A program made the translations under genes and the position numbers. The notes under the pieces are model-generated. The model worked only from the letters and a program-made list of their open reading frames with translations. It had not been told where the DNA came from and did no database searches. A stretch of 64,000 nt of DNA from Camelus dromedarius (Eukaryota), in contig NC_087447.1 of NCBI RefSeq assembly GCF_036321535.1, positions 51,710,001 to 51,774,000 on the forward strand, given 5' to 3'. Each line of letters opens with the position of its first letter. The stretch's first letter is position 1. Positions 36,111 through 48,411 of the stretch are shown here, piece by piece.

Positions 36111-39100
36111 TCACCTATAAAGTAGGGACAGTAAACTGTTCCTACCTCACAGGGCTCTGGTGAGGATTAAGTGTTAATTAATAACAGTAAAGTACCTAGA
36201 ATATCCCAGGTGCTCAATTGTTAGCTGCTATTGTTGCCGATCTCATCACTCAGCATTGCTGGGCACTGGGGAGCGAGGTGGGGGTGAGCAGGTCCAGCCC
36301 TTGGGAGGTTGATCCAGCCCCGCCACTGATTGGCTTCGTGGCCCTCGCCATCTTCTTTACCCGTAAAATAGGGTACTGGGCCAGGGGCCAAGCTCTCAGA
36401 AGGAGGTGAGCCTCCAGGGTCTAAGTAGCCCAGGGGAAAGGGTAGGCAGGCCTGTGGTGACATTGCCTCTGCTTGTTAATGTTGGGTTTCATTTCACCTA
36501 AGACAATTTCAAGACACAAATTTATTTTATGTCACATAAGAATAAATGCTACCAAGTATAATTGTAAGATACTATCAATTGTTAAATCTCATTTTGATTT
36601 CAGAGATGTTGGAATGTGAAAAAACATGTGTCTTAGAACTGATGAAAGAGAGTCTGTCTGGTTTCTTCATTTGGGGCAACAAGAATCTACTGGAGGGGAG
36701 CAGGCAAGGCCGTTTGGCCTTCGGCCTCAGATTTTGGCCCTTGTTCAATGCGGGATTTATGTAGGGAAGCAGGGTGGTGAGGCATCTTCCCAACTGAGGC
36801 TCACCACTTGCAGAACCAGCTAAACTCGTAGTTGGGAAACAGATCTAAAAAGCTGCTTAGGCCCCACTTGAGCTTTCGGTGGGCCTCGTAAAATGAGCTC
36901 ATGGCTTCGAAGCCCGACAGACCTGTTCTGGTTCCAAGGCTGATACTCACCAACCAAGAGGTTGAAAGAAGGAAGGCTCCAGTGTGCAAAGAGGGCTTTA
37001 CCAAACATGGCATGCACAAGGTGTAGTGTACGGAAGGGAGAGGGCTGGGAGTCAGGGGTTCTGGGGTCCTCCCTGGCTGTGTAACTGGGACAAGTCCCTC
37101 CACGGCTCTGGCCCCTTTTCCTTATGGATAAAGCAGTGGAGTTCAGTCATTCACTCAACAAACGTGAACTAAGGAGCTCCCCTTGGAGGCAGTGTGTTGA
37201 AGGTGGGGGATATAGAGGTGTGAGAGGTGGTCCCTGCTTTAGGAGAGAGCTCCCCATCCAGATGGGGAGCAAGGAGTACAGAGCAAAGAGGAGGGAGCCA
37301 AGCGCCCTCTATGTATTTTCTCACTTCATCCTTACAATCACTCTATGAGGTAGGAAATGCAGGTATTTTTATCCCCCCTTCATAGATGAAGTCACTGAGA
37401 CAGAGATGGTGATGCTTGCCAACGTCACATGGCAGAGCCAGCATTTGGACTGGTCTACTTGATTCAAAGCCAGTTCTCTTTCCTCGTCGCCTTTCATGGT
37501 CAGTTATAAATTTCCTCCTAGCACAGCATTCTCGGAGTCTTTGCCCAAAATAGCCAATGAATGTCATGTTCTGACAGTCCTTTGTCTTAGCAGCCAAGTA
37601 AGGAAGCCCCTCTCTTTGCTCAGGAATGATGATGGGGGGGGGGGGGTGCTCAGGTTGTCCAATCTGCCTACTTTCTAAGGAGGTGGGGGCACCATGTGGA
37701 TGAGCCTCTCCCTCACAAAAGCTTTCGGATTTCACTCAGGGGAGTGTCAGTAGAGTGATATGCCATCTGAGTGACTCCACTTTACCCAGAAGCACTTAAT
37801 AGCATTCCAGTTTCACACTGGAAAATAGAAAAATCCCAGGACTGCTCCATCACCAAGTATTATGTTCACAGGATGAAAGGCTGGGAGAAGACAAGTGGGG
37901 CTAGTCCAGTGCCTGGAGCCCCATGACAGCCCCATCAAGGGGTTTTCTGGTCTCTGCTCACAGGGTTTCAGAGCTCGGAGGATCAATCTTCCATCCAGCT
38001 TTGGCTAAAGAGACTTGTAGCTGGAAGAACTGAACTATCCCTTTTTGCCTTTAATCAAGGATGCTTCCAGACCCAGGACAGTGAAGTGATTTGCCTGAGG
38101 TCACCTGGAACATCAGTAGAAAAGCCTGGATCAGAGCCCTGACACTTAGAAACCTGGTTCTGTCTTTGGCCTCAAAATTGAATGGAAATAATCCTGAGGG
38201 AGGATTCAGACTGAGTTCTCTCCTCAACTTGGCCACTTAACTTGAATTAAATGATGTATAATTCAATTTTATAATTAGCCAAGAGCCTACTATGTGCTAG
38301 GCACTGCATTTACACACAGTGCAGACACAGCAAGTCATCTCATCTCTCTGAGCCTCAGTTTCCTCATCTATGAAGAAAAAAAAAAACCCTCCTGTGCTGC
38401 TCCTCTCAGAGACTTGTTATGGAGAAATGAGAAAAAGGAAGCAAAGTGCTTTGTAAACTGTTAAGTGGAGTAAACACTGAGGCTATCCCATTTTTGTGGT
38501 CCACTCCACCTGGAGCAGAATTCCACCTTAGCACTGCCCACTATACTGGAATTTGTTTACCCGTCTCTCTCCCCACTGTGTTCCTCGAGGGAAGAGTGTT
38601 CTGGGTTCATCTTTGCTTTTCCAGAACCCAGCCCTGAGGTCAGTATATGTCAGGTACTTAACAGAGTATGTGAATAAATAGAACATCTGATATGAGATCT
38701 GATTCTCAGACCGATGGAAATGCCAACCAGAAGGGCACTGGAAGCCCAGAGAAGGAAGGACTTAGTGAGAGGGTGGTAGCAAGTGAGAAAGGTGTCCACT
38801 GTGGATGGCCAGTGTTTGGGTCACTAGAGAGGAGAGGTGGGATGCTCCAAGGAGTAGGAGTGCCTTGGGCAAAGGTCAGGAGTTGGAAATCCATGTGGAT
38901 TATGCAAGGGACCCTGAGGGCATGAGCAAGTAAGACAACAATGAAAGATGAGGACAGAAATTAATAATGATGATGCTAATAATAATAGTAGTAAGTAATG
39001 TAGTAAGTACTCCTGGCACCATTCAAACAGCTGTAGGTATGTTCCTCATCAAACCCTTGCAACAACCCTATGAGTTGAAGATATTATTACCTCCACTTTA

Positions 39101-39464
39101 CAGACAAGGAAACAGAGAGGTTAAGTCACTTACCCAAGATCACATAGCCATTAAGTGGCAAGGCCAGGATTTGATTCCAGACAGTCTAACTACAGAATCT
39201 GTGCTCTTAAGTAGGTTGAAGGCTGTCTGGAAAGAAGTAGGAACTTTGGACTTTTATTGTGTGTTATGGGAAAAAGTGTCAGTAAGACTTTTGAGCAAGA
39301 TGGAGTTTGAGCAAGAGAGGACATCATGGGAGTAAAAATGTCTTATTTCACAGGTGGCAGAGGTTCTTCAAATGTATTTTGAGCACCTTCTGTGTGCTGG
39401 GTACTGATGATACAGAGCCAAACAGAGCCCCTGCCCTCAGAAACATGCAGTTCAATGGGAGACA

Positions 39465-39672
39465 CAGAGGTATGCTGGAGCAGGCTCCCTCTGGCTTTCC
39501 AGAGCCCACTGGGTGCCTCTCTTCCCTGATGATCAATGACTTCACGCTGGCGACTTGAAACCGACTATGGTCAGAGTATTTACACCATGGAAACTGGCCA
39601 ATGCTACAGATCAGGGCTTCCCCCTGCCACCCTCCCCAAGCTAGTTGTTAAATATTTACCAGCACAACACTG
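39465..39672. mobile_element. MER63-like non-autonomous hAT DNA transposon
   Basis: Terminal inverted repeats CAGAGGTATGCTGG ... CCAGCACAACACTG, ~200 bp. Confidence 0.7.
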
Positions 39673-41870
39673 CCTGTGAACAGCTGCAGTAAGATGATAA
39701 AAGCCCTCACCAGATATAGGGTGGTACAAAGGGGGTTGGGACTAACTACTGGGTGAGCCAAGGAGGCAAGGCTTATGCAGAGTGTTGAAGGATGAGCAGA
39801 TGTTAGCTATGAAGACAAAGTAGTAAAGGGCAGCCCAGGCTGAGGTGTGGAATGGTGTGGCGAAGTCATTCTTTGGTGCCGTGAAAGGACATTGGCTGGG
39901 AAGGAGTTTGGCAGTCTACAAGGTGCCAACAAAAGGATGTTTATTGAGCAAATTCAATACTGGATTTATAAAGTGAACTAATTGGGGTTGGGGAGGGAGT
40001 ACCCACATCACAGTGCATTAACCTTGGTCTTTAGCAGCAGGATCTCTAGAGGATTTGTGACCCAACTGGACCTTTACCCAATAAAAGGGAACCTAGGTTT
40101 TGGGGAGTGACCCGACATAAGAATGGATTAGAACACTCTCCTAAATGTCGACAAAGGCTTTGAAATGTTCTGTCTATTGCAGTGGGAGGGCCAGGGAACT
40201 TGGCAGGAAATAGGACTAGGAGAGGGGGCAGTGAGGCCAGACACACCTGGCTGGGCATGTGCTTCCTGCCCGGAAGTCAGAGCCAGGCAGTGTTTTGTTG
40301 TCCTCTGTTGGTGGAATCCTATACGTGCTACGTGGGCTGCTCAGTGATCCTCTGGTTTTCTACAGGCCAGCTTTTCTCCTCAGGGCCCCCCTTGGTGCCT
40401 GTGCCCCAGACTGGGCTAAGCATGTCACCAGACTGTCTCCACAGCTCTCTGCTTGGTGCCACATTGTCCTGAAGGTTCTGAAGGAGCCTGAGGCCACATG
40501 GCTGTCTGGGCAGACAGAGCTGCCAGAGCCAGGACCCCACAGGGCCTGGAAAGAAGCCCGGGCCCCTCTCTTTGATGGGCTGGTTGTCAAGGTCGCTTTG
40601 CTCTGCAAGATGATCACAGGCCTCATTTCCCTGCCAACCATCCCCACCAGCCCTGAGCCCCTTGGGACACAGGCGGACTTAGGCCCGCAGCATGAAGAGA
40701 CCGCAGTTTAGGAAAGAGATGGGCTGGTGCTCTGAAAATGTGAGCTGAGAAATTGGCCTGAGGCTGACCTTGGCCAAGTCCCCACCCATTGTAGCCTGTT
40801 TTAGGAGTAATTTGTAAGAGAAAGGTGGAAGTTTGGGGTGAACAAAGGGGCAGTTACAGAAGTGCTGTGTTTTTGGCCACACAGGAGTTGACAAAGCAGA
40901 CTGACTGCATCCCAGTCTGGGAGACTATGTAGGGCACTGAGGTATGGGCAAGGTGAGTACCATGGCCACCTCTGCACAGGGAGCTCTGGCCCGAAGGCAA
41001 CATGTGGCCTCACAAGGCTTGCCCTTCATAAAAGGGCAAAGGGCTTTAGATGGTCGTGAGGATGTGAGGTCACAGGGAGCGGTGACTGCGGTGGCAGTCA
41101 TCAATGGCCTTCAAGCATGCAGAGGCCATTCAGTGGCAGGCTTCAACAAGTGGTCACACCTAGGTGCCTTAGGATTTCCTTGAGCACCCTTTCTGACCAC
41201 CACTTTCCAAGCCTAGTGGAGGAACAGAGAGCTGACAAGCTCACATGTGCCCAGAATTGCACTTTAGTTAGGACAAAGCCCTTGGCTGTGCAAAAGGCTA
41301 AATAAACTGAGTCTGGTTGGGATCATTGATCACCGTCGGGTCTTTCTCAGGGAAGCAAGGGGCTCATGGACAAGAAGCTCATCCCTGCCTCCCAGTCCAC
41401 TCTGACTCACTGGTCCTCTGGGATGGTGCTGCCTGCAGGCTTGGTGTCTCTCTCCCTGTTTCACTAAGCAGGTGGCTGCACTCACCTAAGTGAGACACAT
41501 GTGCTGAGTGCTCTGCATGCACTGAGTGCGCTGCGTGCACTGCCTGTCGCTCCCCTTGTACTGTGGCCCTGTACGGAGGCTCACCTACCCTTCCTGGCTC
41601 CTGGTTTCCTGCACCCATGATGCCCTCTTTAGCTCATTTTGTCACAATCCAACCCATCCTTAAAGGCCTAGCTCGACCATCCATTAAGCCCTTTCCGAGA
41701 ACTAAGCTTGCTTTCCCCAAGTTCTCCCAGCAAATTGTGTGGCCCTCTAAGCTTTTCCAAACTGAACTTATCTGTGGGTGTTCCCATCCTAAGGGACCAC
41801 ATGCCAGGTGCCCCAGAAGGCTTGTTAAAGTGTTATATTCTCATGGTATACCCCACACAACAGGCCATCA

Positions 41871-41898
41871 TTTATTCCTGAAAGAGCAAATATTTATT
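41871..41898 (-). other. Candidate KCTD21 polyadenylation signals (two AATAAA on the minus strand)
   Basis: TTTATT at 41871-41876 and 41893-41898, ~2.4 kb after the stop. They sit at the edge of MIR/L2-like sequence, so could be incidental. Confidence 0.35.
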
Positions 41899-44290
41899 CA
41901 GCTCTTATGTGGCCCTAGCTAGGAATTTTCATATACATAATCAACTTACATAACACTGGAAGGTGAGGTTGTTATCTGATGATGAAACAAATCAGAGAGG
42001 CCCAGGGACTTGTCCAAGGTCACACAGCAAGCAATGGACAGAATTCAAACCCAGGTCAGCCTGACTCCAAGGCCAAGTTTTTTTCCCTTATATGCAGGCA
42101 CAAAATAATATCAACCATTTATTATTTATACTGTATTCTTAAATACATTATTTCATTTGATCCTCACAACAGCCCTGTGAGGTAGGTAGGGTTATGTATT
42201 ACTGTTATGCCCATTTCACAGATGAAGAAACAGAGGTGACTCAGTGAGGTGAGTGACTTGCATAAAGTCACACAGCACGTTAGTGGCTTCATAGGTCCTG
42301 TACTTTCTCTAAAGTCAAGCTGCTCGAATTAAGAAGCACCAAAAAGATGGAGAAAGAGAATTTTTATGGAAAGGAAAAAAGGGCAGTGGTGATTTATGAG
42401 ATTTCTTTCTTAACTGTTTTGTTGTGGTTACAGCTTCTGCTGGCTGGTATAAACTGAGTTCTCCTGAGTGGCTTCCCCAAGTACCACTGGATTGGTGGCC
42501 TGGGACAGTTATCAGAGACTCTTGGGTCCCACTGAAGGGGGAAAAGGGATGTGGCCTTGCCCACAGCCCAGCAAACAAGCTCCCTACTCACAGGGCATAA
42601 CTATGGGAAGCCCCTTCCTCAGCCCATCCCCTGTGGGCGCCTGTGTTACTAGGTTTCTCTGGCTTTGTCTGGGGGCCCCTGCCCAATGCATAAGATTCTG
42701 GGACTCCTAAGGCCACCCTCACTCCAGGGATGAATCATAATGTGCAGTTTTGAGGCCCGTACTGCTCATCATGCCCTGGGAAGTGGTGGCTTGGGGTGTC
42801 TTTCCCTGGGTCTCACACCAAGGAGGTCCATGGCTTGGTTCTGACCACAAACAGTACCACAGGGGTAGGACCCCTCCTTCAGAGCAGTGTCTTAGCGGCT
42901 AGACACTTACTCCAAGGGCAGCGTTATGGTTCAGCCCACTCCCGGACTCCCCGCTGCACACTACCAATCCCTGGTCTTCTTCTGCTGGGGCGGCAATCTT
43001 CAGTCTCAACAGAAGATGGTCAAAAGCTATGCAGAGCCATGGGTGATGAGGAAGGTGGGTGAAATGAGGGTCACAAACGAAGTGAAGCCATAACAAAATG
43101 GGGATGACTGACAGGGAATGAAAGGGGGCTAACCTTGGTTCTGAAGACAAATCCCATGGGGAATCCTATTTTTGAGTAACTATTTTTGGAATAGGTATCT
43201 GGCCTCTCAAAGTGACTATTTAAAAGAGAAAATACACATTTGGGTGAGAAGGAAGGTCTATGAAGACCAGATACTGGTTGTGGAAGGAAAGATTTTGGCT
43301 CAATATAAGGAAGGACTTGCTAACAGCCAACCATGGCAGGGCCTGGCCCTGGGGATGGTGGACATCCTGTCGCTGAAGGTGTGCAAGCAGGGAGAGGTGA
43401 TCACTTGAAGGTACTGGGGAGAGGCCCTCAGCTCCAAGTAGGCTGGGGTTGCTGGGGGGTGGGGGAGGACTAAGCGACTTGAATTATTTTCCAACCCTGA
43501 AAGTCCGTAATATATTTGTCTAAAATGGTCTGTTTCAAATTGTTGGGGAAAGGATTACAAAAGTCAGATAATAGGCCACATTATGAAGTGCCCTTCATCG
43601 CACTGGCTTCAGATACTTTCAAATCTTTGCCAAGACAGCAGCTCATTTCTGAAGCCAGAAATCCCCAAATGCCTAGATTTGGCCCAGAAGAGGGGGCTAT
43701 CCCCATCTTCTGAATCCTGCCCACTCCTCTAGGCCATGCTGTAATCCTGTCCCCACTACCCACTTCATTTCCAAGCCAACCAAAAATGGTCAACCCTGGG
43801 CAACCAAGTCCAAGGTCTTGGCTGCATCGTGGGGATGGAGGAGCAGGTAGGATGGGTATCGCTGGGTACTTCACATCCCGGGAAACTAGAGGGAGCCTCT
43901 TGTTCTCACCCCATCCCCTCCACCAGAGGCTCTGTTTACAGATGGCTAAGTGAGGCACTGCCTAATGGTACAGAGAGAGCTGGAGCCCGTGAAAAACCTG
44001 CTATTCCTTTGTCTAGTCACAAAGTCCTCCTGTGGCCTCCTTTAGGAGATGTCGGCAGACTCTTTGCTTGTCATAGCAAACTGCCCATCTCCAGCTCAAA
44101 GTGGCAAGGAAAAAGGTGGCTCTGTTGAGAGGACACATGGATTCCTACAGGTGGACTGCATCATGGGGGGAATCAAGTCCTGCTACGAGATTAATACGGA
44201 TTAGTATAATGCCCTGCCTCACACCACTGGCAAAACACTCTCCAAGATCTTGGCTTTGGGAAGCCCCCCTCCAATGCTGCTGGGATCTTT

Positions 44291-45073
44291 TTACCTATAC
44301 CGTATTAACCGAATAATCTTATTATTCATAAAATCCACAGCATGTGGGTGAGAAGAATCGATGCAGAAGCCATCACTCAGAGCAATTTTCAGCACCTCCT
44401 CCACAAAGACCTGGAAGCTGTTGATCTGCTTGTTGGCTGGCACCACCCAGAGCCTCTTGAGGTTCTGCTTGGTGTACTCCTCCTCTGGTAGGCCCTCCAC
44501 ATTGGCCACCCAGTCCAGAGTCAGGTGGTTGGGGTCTTGCAGGTGGCTGGTGATGGAAGAGAGGTTGCCATTGGAGCAATAGAAGAGCTTAGAGCCGAGG
44601 AGCTTGAGGAAGAGGCAAGAGGTGCTGAAGATGTTGGCATTGAAGACCTCCATGCTGGAAGAGGAGAGGCTGTAGATCTGGGGTGCTTCACGCACAGTGA
44701 AGTGGACCGTCTGCACACGTTGGTTCAGCGTGATGTTGAGCATGGCATTCTTCTCGGCCTTGGACAGCTCCACCTCCTTCTCCTGCAGGGCCTCAATCAG
44801 GGGCTGCACCTGGTAGAAGTCAGCCTCCCTGCGGAGCAGGCCCATCTCCTGGAAGTCCTCGGGCAAGTCCAGGTGGGAGGTCCGCAGGAAGTTCAGGATG
44901 TAGCGGAACACTTTGCCATCACGGTCAATGAAGCAGTTGCCCTGGCTGTCCCTCTTGGTGGGCATCTTCCCGCTGAACATGGCGCCCAGCATGGAGTCAG
45001 GGAAGCTAGTCAGCGTCGCCAGTGAGGTGGTATAGAGCTTCCCCCCGACGTTCAGCGTGATGGGGTCAGACAT
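44291..45073 (-). CDS. KCTD21: KCTD21 (KCASH2), BTB/POZ domain protein, complete single-exon CDS of 260 aa
   Basis: MSDPITLNVGGKLYTTSLATLTSFPDSMLGAMFSG...FIDRDGKVFRYILNFLR is a KCTD T1/BTB domain, and the CDS ends ...KIIRLIRYR*. ATG at 45073 lies 29 nt after the acceptor ttttctctctctgtag| (exon starts 45102). Confidence 0.97.
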   Translation of the reverse strand: MSDPITLNVGGKLYTTSLATLTSFPDSMLGAMFSGKMPTKRDSQGNCFIDRDGKVFRYILNFLRTSHLDLPEDFQEMGLLRREADFYQVQPLIEALQEKEVELSKAEKNAMLNITLNQRVQTVHFTVREAPQIYSLSSSSMEVFNANIFSTSCLFLKLLGSKLFYCSNGNLSSITSHLQDPNHLTLDWVANVEGLPEEEYTKQNLKRLWVVPANKQINSFQVFVEEVLKIALSDGFCIDSSHPHAVDFMNNKIIRLIRYR

Positions 45074-45150
45074 GGCAGGAGGCTGGGGTGCTGGATGTAG
45101 TCCTACAGAGAGAGAAAAGTAAGAAATGACCATTACCCAACCATGTTTGG

Positions 45151-45485
45151 TATCTTAGTCTGCTGCGGCTGGTATAACAGGATACCATAGGCTGGGTGGC
45201 TTAAGTAACAGGCATTTATTTCTCACAGTTCTGGAGGCTGGGAAGTTGAAGATCAAGGTGTGGGCAGAGCTGATGTCTGGTGAAGGCCATCTTTTCACTG
45301 TGTCTTTATATGGCAGAAGGGGCAAGAAAGCTCTCTGGAGTCTCTTAGAAGGGCAGTAATCCTGCCAGAAGGACTCTACCCTCATGACCTAATCTCCCAA
45401 AGGCCCTACCTCTTTATGCCATCACATTGGAGCTTAAGATTTCAGCATATGAATTTGGGGAGACACATACATTCAGTCCATAACA
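45151..45485 (-). mobile_element. MLT1A/MST-type MaLR solo LTR ~50 nt upstream of the KCTD21 acceptor
   Basis: TATCTTAGTCTG...ATTTATTTCTCACAGTTCTGGAGGCTGGGAAG...ATTCAGTCCATAACA. Confidence 0.8.
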
Positions 45486-46709
45486 TCTTGGTAGTCACAG
45501 TTCTCAATTTCTTCCTGTAGGTCCTTGAGGTTGAAATGAATTCATACTTGATGAACAAATGAATGGGTGATAATTGTCACACTGTCTAAATCATACTAGG
45601 TTTACCAGGGAGTTAAAAAAGAAAGAAAAAAAGAAAAAATAAAGCCTGGGCACCAGCCTCCAGGGATTGTTTTAATTGGTCTGGAATGTGGCCCTAGCAC
45701 TGGTATTTTTCAAAAGTGCCCTCGGTGATTCTAAAAGTTCAGTTAGGACAGAGAACCACTGGTCTAAGGAAAGAAAGAAAATGTGCCTGGACTGAATTCT
45801 ATGTTAGCTGCTCTTATGTATATTTGCTTACATAATGGTCACACTATCCTTTGACACAGACAATTTCACCAACCATCCCTACCGAGCAGATGAGGGAAAC
45901 TGTGCCAGGATTCATTCTCCATGCTCAGAGAGGTGAGGGGTCTTGCCAGGATTCAAGCCCAGCCTCTCTTATATGGGAGAGAAGAATATGTTCATGCTTA
46001 CTAGCCAAAGACTGGTCCACTCGAGGTACTTAGCAAATGTTCTGAGATTTAGGACACTAAACCCAGTGCTCCTTCTGCTGTACTAATGTTGCCTTATTTA
46101 ATTACTTTTCTATCTCAAAGAATTCACAACAAATGGCTGTGATTAGTACAATTTCCATCTATCTACCAGGCCCACAGTGGGTCACTCAGCCCTCTGAACT
46201 CCAAGTGACACTCCTTTCCAGATTCTCATCCTCCCATGATACCTTGCCTTGCCAGGAAGATGCTCTTGGTTCCTTGTGGTCTGCCATCTCCCACCATGAT
46301 GGCACCCCAGCCTCCTCTGAAACTTGCTTTGAGGTCAGTGCAAACGTGGGGCTCTGCCACCAAGCACCCTTCCTGAGGGCTCTGTACCCACTCCTTAACA
46401 ACCCACCCTCCATTCCACTGATCTTACAGCCTGCAGTGTCTAGAGCTGGTGAGTCTCCTTCAACCTAAAGTCTTGGATTCTAACTTCTCATTAAGGTTCC
46501 AGAAAGCAGGGGATGTACTGATTCTGCTTCCAACACGATACTTTCCTAAGAGCCAACCTGTGGAATGAATTCAGCAGCTGTTCCCTGATGTTGGTTGTGG
46601 GGGTCACAGGGAGGAATCAGTCCCAGTGCTGCCCTTGAAGAGAGTTCAGGCTGGCAGGGAAGACTGAGACAAGACACAGTAAGGGCACAGTGACAAGAAA
46701 AGACGTACC

Positions 46710-47358
46710 TACTAAGCCATAAAAAATGATATAATAATGCCATTTGCAGCAACATGGATGGCCCTGGAGAATGTCATTCTAAGTGAAGTAAGCCAGAAAG
46801 AGAAAGAAAAATACCATATGATATCACTCATATGTGGAATTTAAAAAAAAAAAAAAAGACAAATGAACTTATATATAAAATAGAAACAGACTCACAGACA
46901 TAGAATACAGACTTGTGGTTGTTAGGGGGAAGGGGTGGGAAGGGATAAACGGGGATTTTGAGATTTGCAGATACTGACTGGTATATATAAAATAGATAAA
47001 CAAGTTTATACTGTATAGCACAGGGAACTATATTCAATATCTTGTAGCTCATGGTGAAAAAGGATATGAAAATGAATACACATATATCCATGTATGACTG
47101 AAGCATTGTGCTATACACCAGAAATTGACACAACATTGTAAACTGACTAGACCTCAATTAAAAAGAAAAAAGCCAAAAAAAAAAAAAAAGAAAAAAAGGA
47201 AAAGAAAAGATGTACCAATTATAGCACAGGCAGTATAGCCAATATTTTATAATAACTTTAAGTGGAGTATAATCTATAAAAATTTGAATCACTATGTACA
47301 CCTGAAACTTAATACTGTAAATCAACTCTACCTCAAAAATTAAAAAAACAAACAAAAA
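46710..47358 (+). mobile_element. Two tandem 5'-truncated L1 3' ends (46710-47201 and 47217-47358)
   Basis: ORF2 tail and 3'UTR with polyA, then a second shorter 3'UTR with polyA. Target site present three times. Confidence 0.85.
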
Positions 47359-48411
47359 AAGAAAGATATACCAAGAGCTGCAGGAATAGGTCAGGAATAA
47401 ATCCTGGTATGCTTACTGTCCACATGGAAAAACAGAGGCCAAGGGGGAACTTCCCCAAAGTCACCCAGCACAGGTGGCGAGTGGGCCAGGGCACTTCTCA
47501 CCATGTGCCTGCCTTCTAAGCAGGCTGACTGCACTGAGACCCCCTTACTCGGGAGGATGGAGGCCATACTGGGTGCGGGAGATGCTCACCTGCCCCACCC
47601 AACTCTCTGCAGGGCGGCCCCTCTTGTGATTCTTTCCCTGTCTAATGGGGCACTTTGATATTGCAGAAAGGCTTTAACCATCTGGAGTGTCTGAAGAGAA
47701 ACAAGCCCATGATGAAGTTACAAAATTGTCAGCAGAAGCCTGGAGCAGATGGGCTGCGAGACACTGGTTGGGGAGGGGTTGTCCAACAGAGACAGGTTGG
47801 GGGAGGGCCTCTAAGAAGAGGTGGCTGCTGTGCAGAGACCTGCAGCTGGAGTGGGTGCTTGGCCTGAGGCCTGAGTCTGGCTAATTTTCCTTCCAGGGAG
47901 CCCAGACAGGAGCTGGACTCAGGAATGGGCCACCTGCTTTCTCATTCCAAAATCTCCTTTTCTTTCTAGATAGTAATTTGCATATTCCAGTTTCTAGTCT
48001 CTCTTTCTCTTTGATCTAAGGGCCCAGGCTCTGTGAAGTGGCTCAGCTTCATGGAGATAGCAGGCTCAGGCGTCAGAGAGGCGGCTGTCTTTCCTGACAG
48101 CTCTATGGGCTGCAGACCCCATACCTCCTAAGTGCATTATTTCTGAAGAGCTCAGAGCACTGGGGGTGGGGGAGACAATCAGGAATCACAGGGCATAGCT
48201 GGGAGCCCTTGATGGGTACCCAAGCTCCTATCTTTCTGTTTGCAAAAGCAGCAGAGCACCTGCCTCCCTGTCCCCCGCACCCCAGCTGTGTGGCTCCTGG
48301 TCATTCTGTCATTCCAGGGATCACAGCACAGAGAGCTGCACAATCAGTCGGGGTTGGGGCTGGTTAGACGGCAGGTTTCCTGACCCCAGACGAGGGTGCT
48401 CTCTGTGATAT

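Larger units (their letters stand above)
8734..40711 (+). pseudogene. Putative decayed multi-exon RGS-domain gene (RGS22/RGSL1-like); position corresponds to human KCTD21-AS1
   Basis: A series of non-repeat, splice-flanked segments show RGS-like motifs in translation. The best is ORF 40259-40711: LRGLLSDP...FL-x11-W...HIVLKVL...LFD. Others carry stops and frameshifts. Recognised by eye only. Confidence 0.45.

Noticed and set aside
44361..45025. Antisense ORFs (73 and 166 aa) over KCTD21
   Set aside because: These are shadow frames expected from GC3-rich codon usage, with no recognisable domain.
45074..45133. 20-aa N-terminal extension of KCTD21 in the ORF track (MVISYFSLSVG...)
   Set aside because: It crosses the polypyrimidine tract and acceptor at 45103, so its start codon is intronic. 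The real start is MSDP at 45073.
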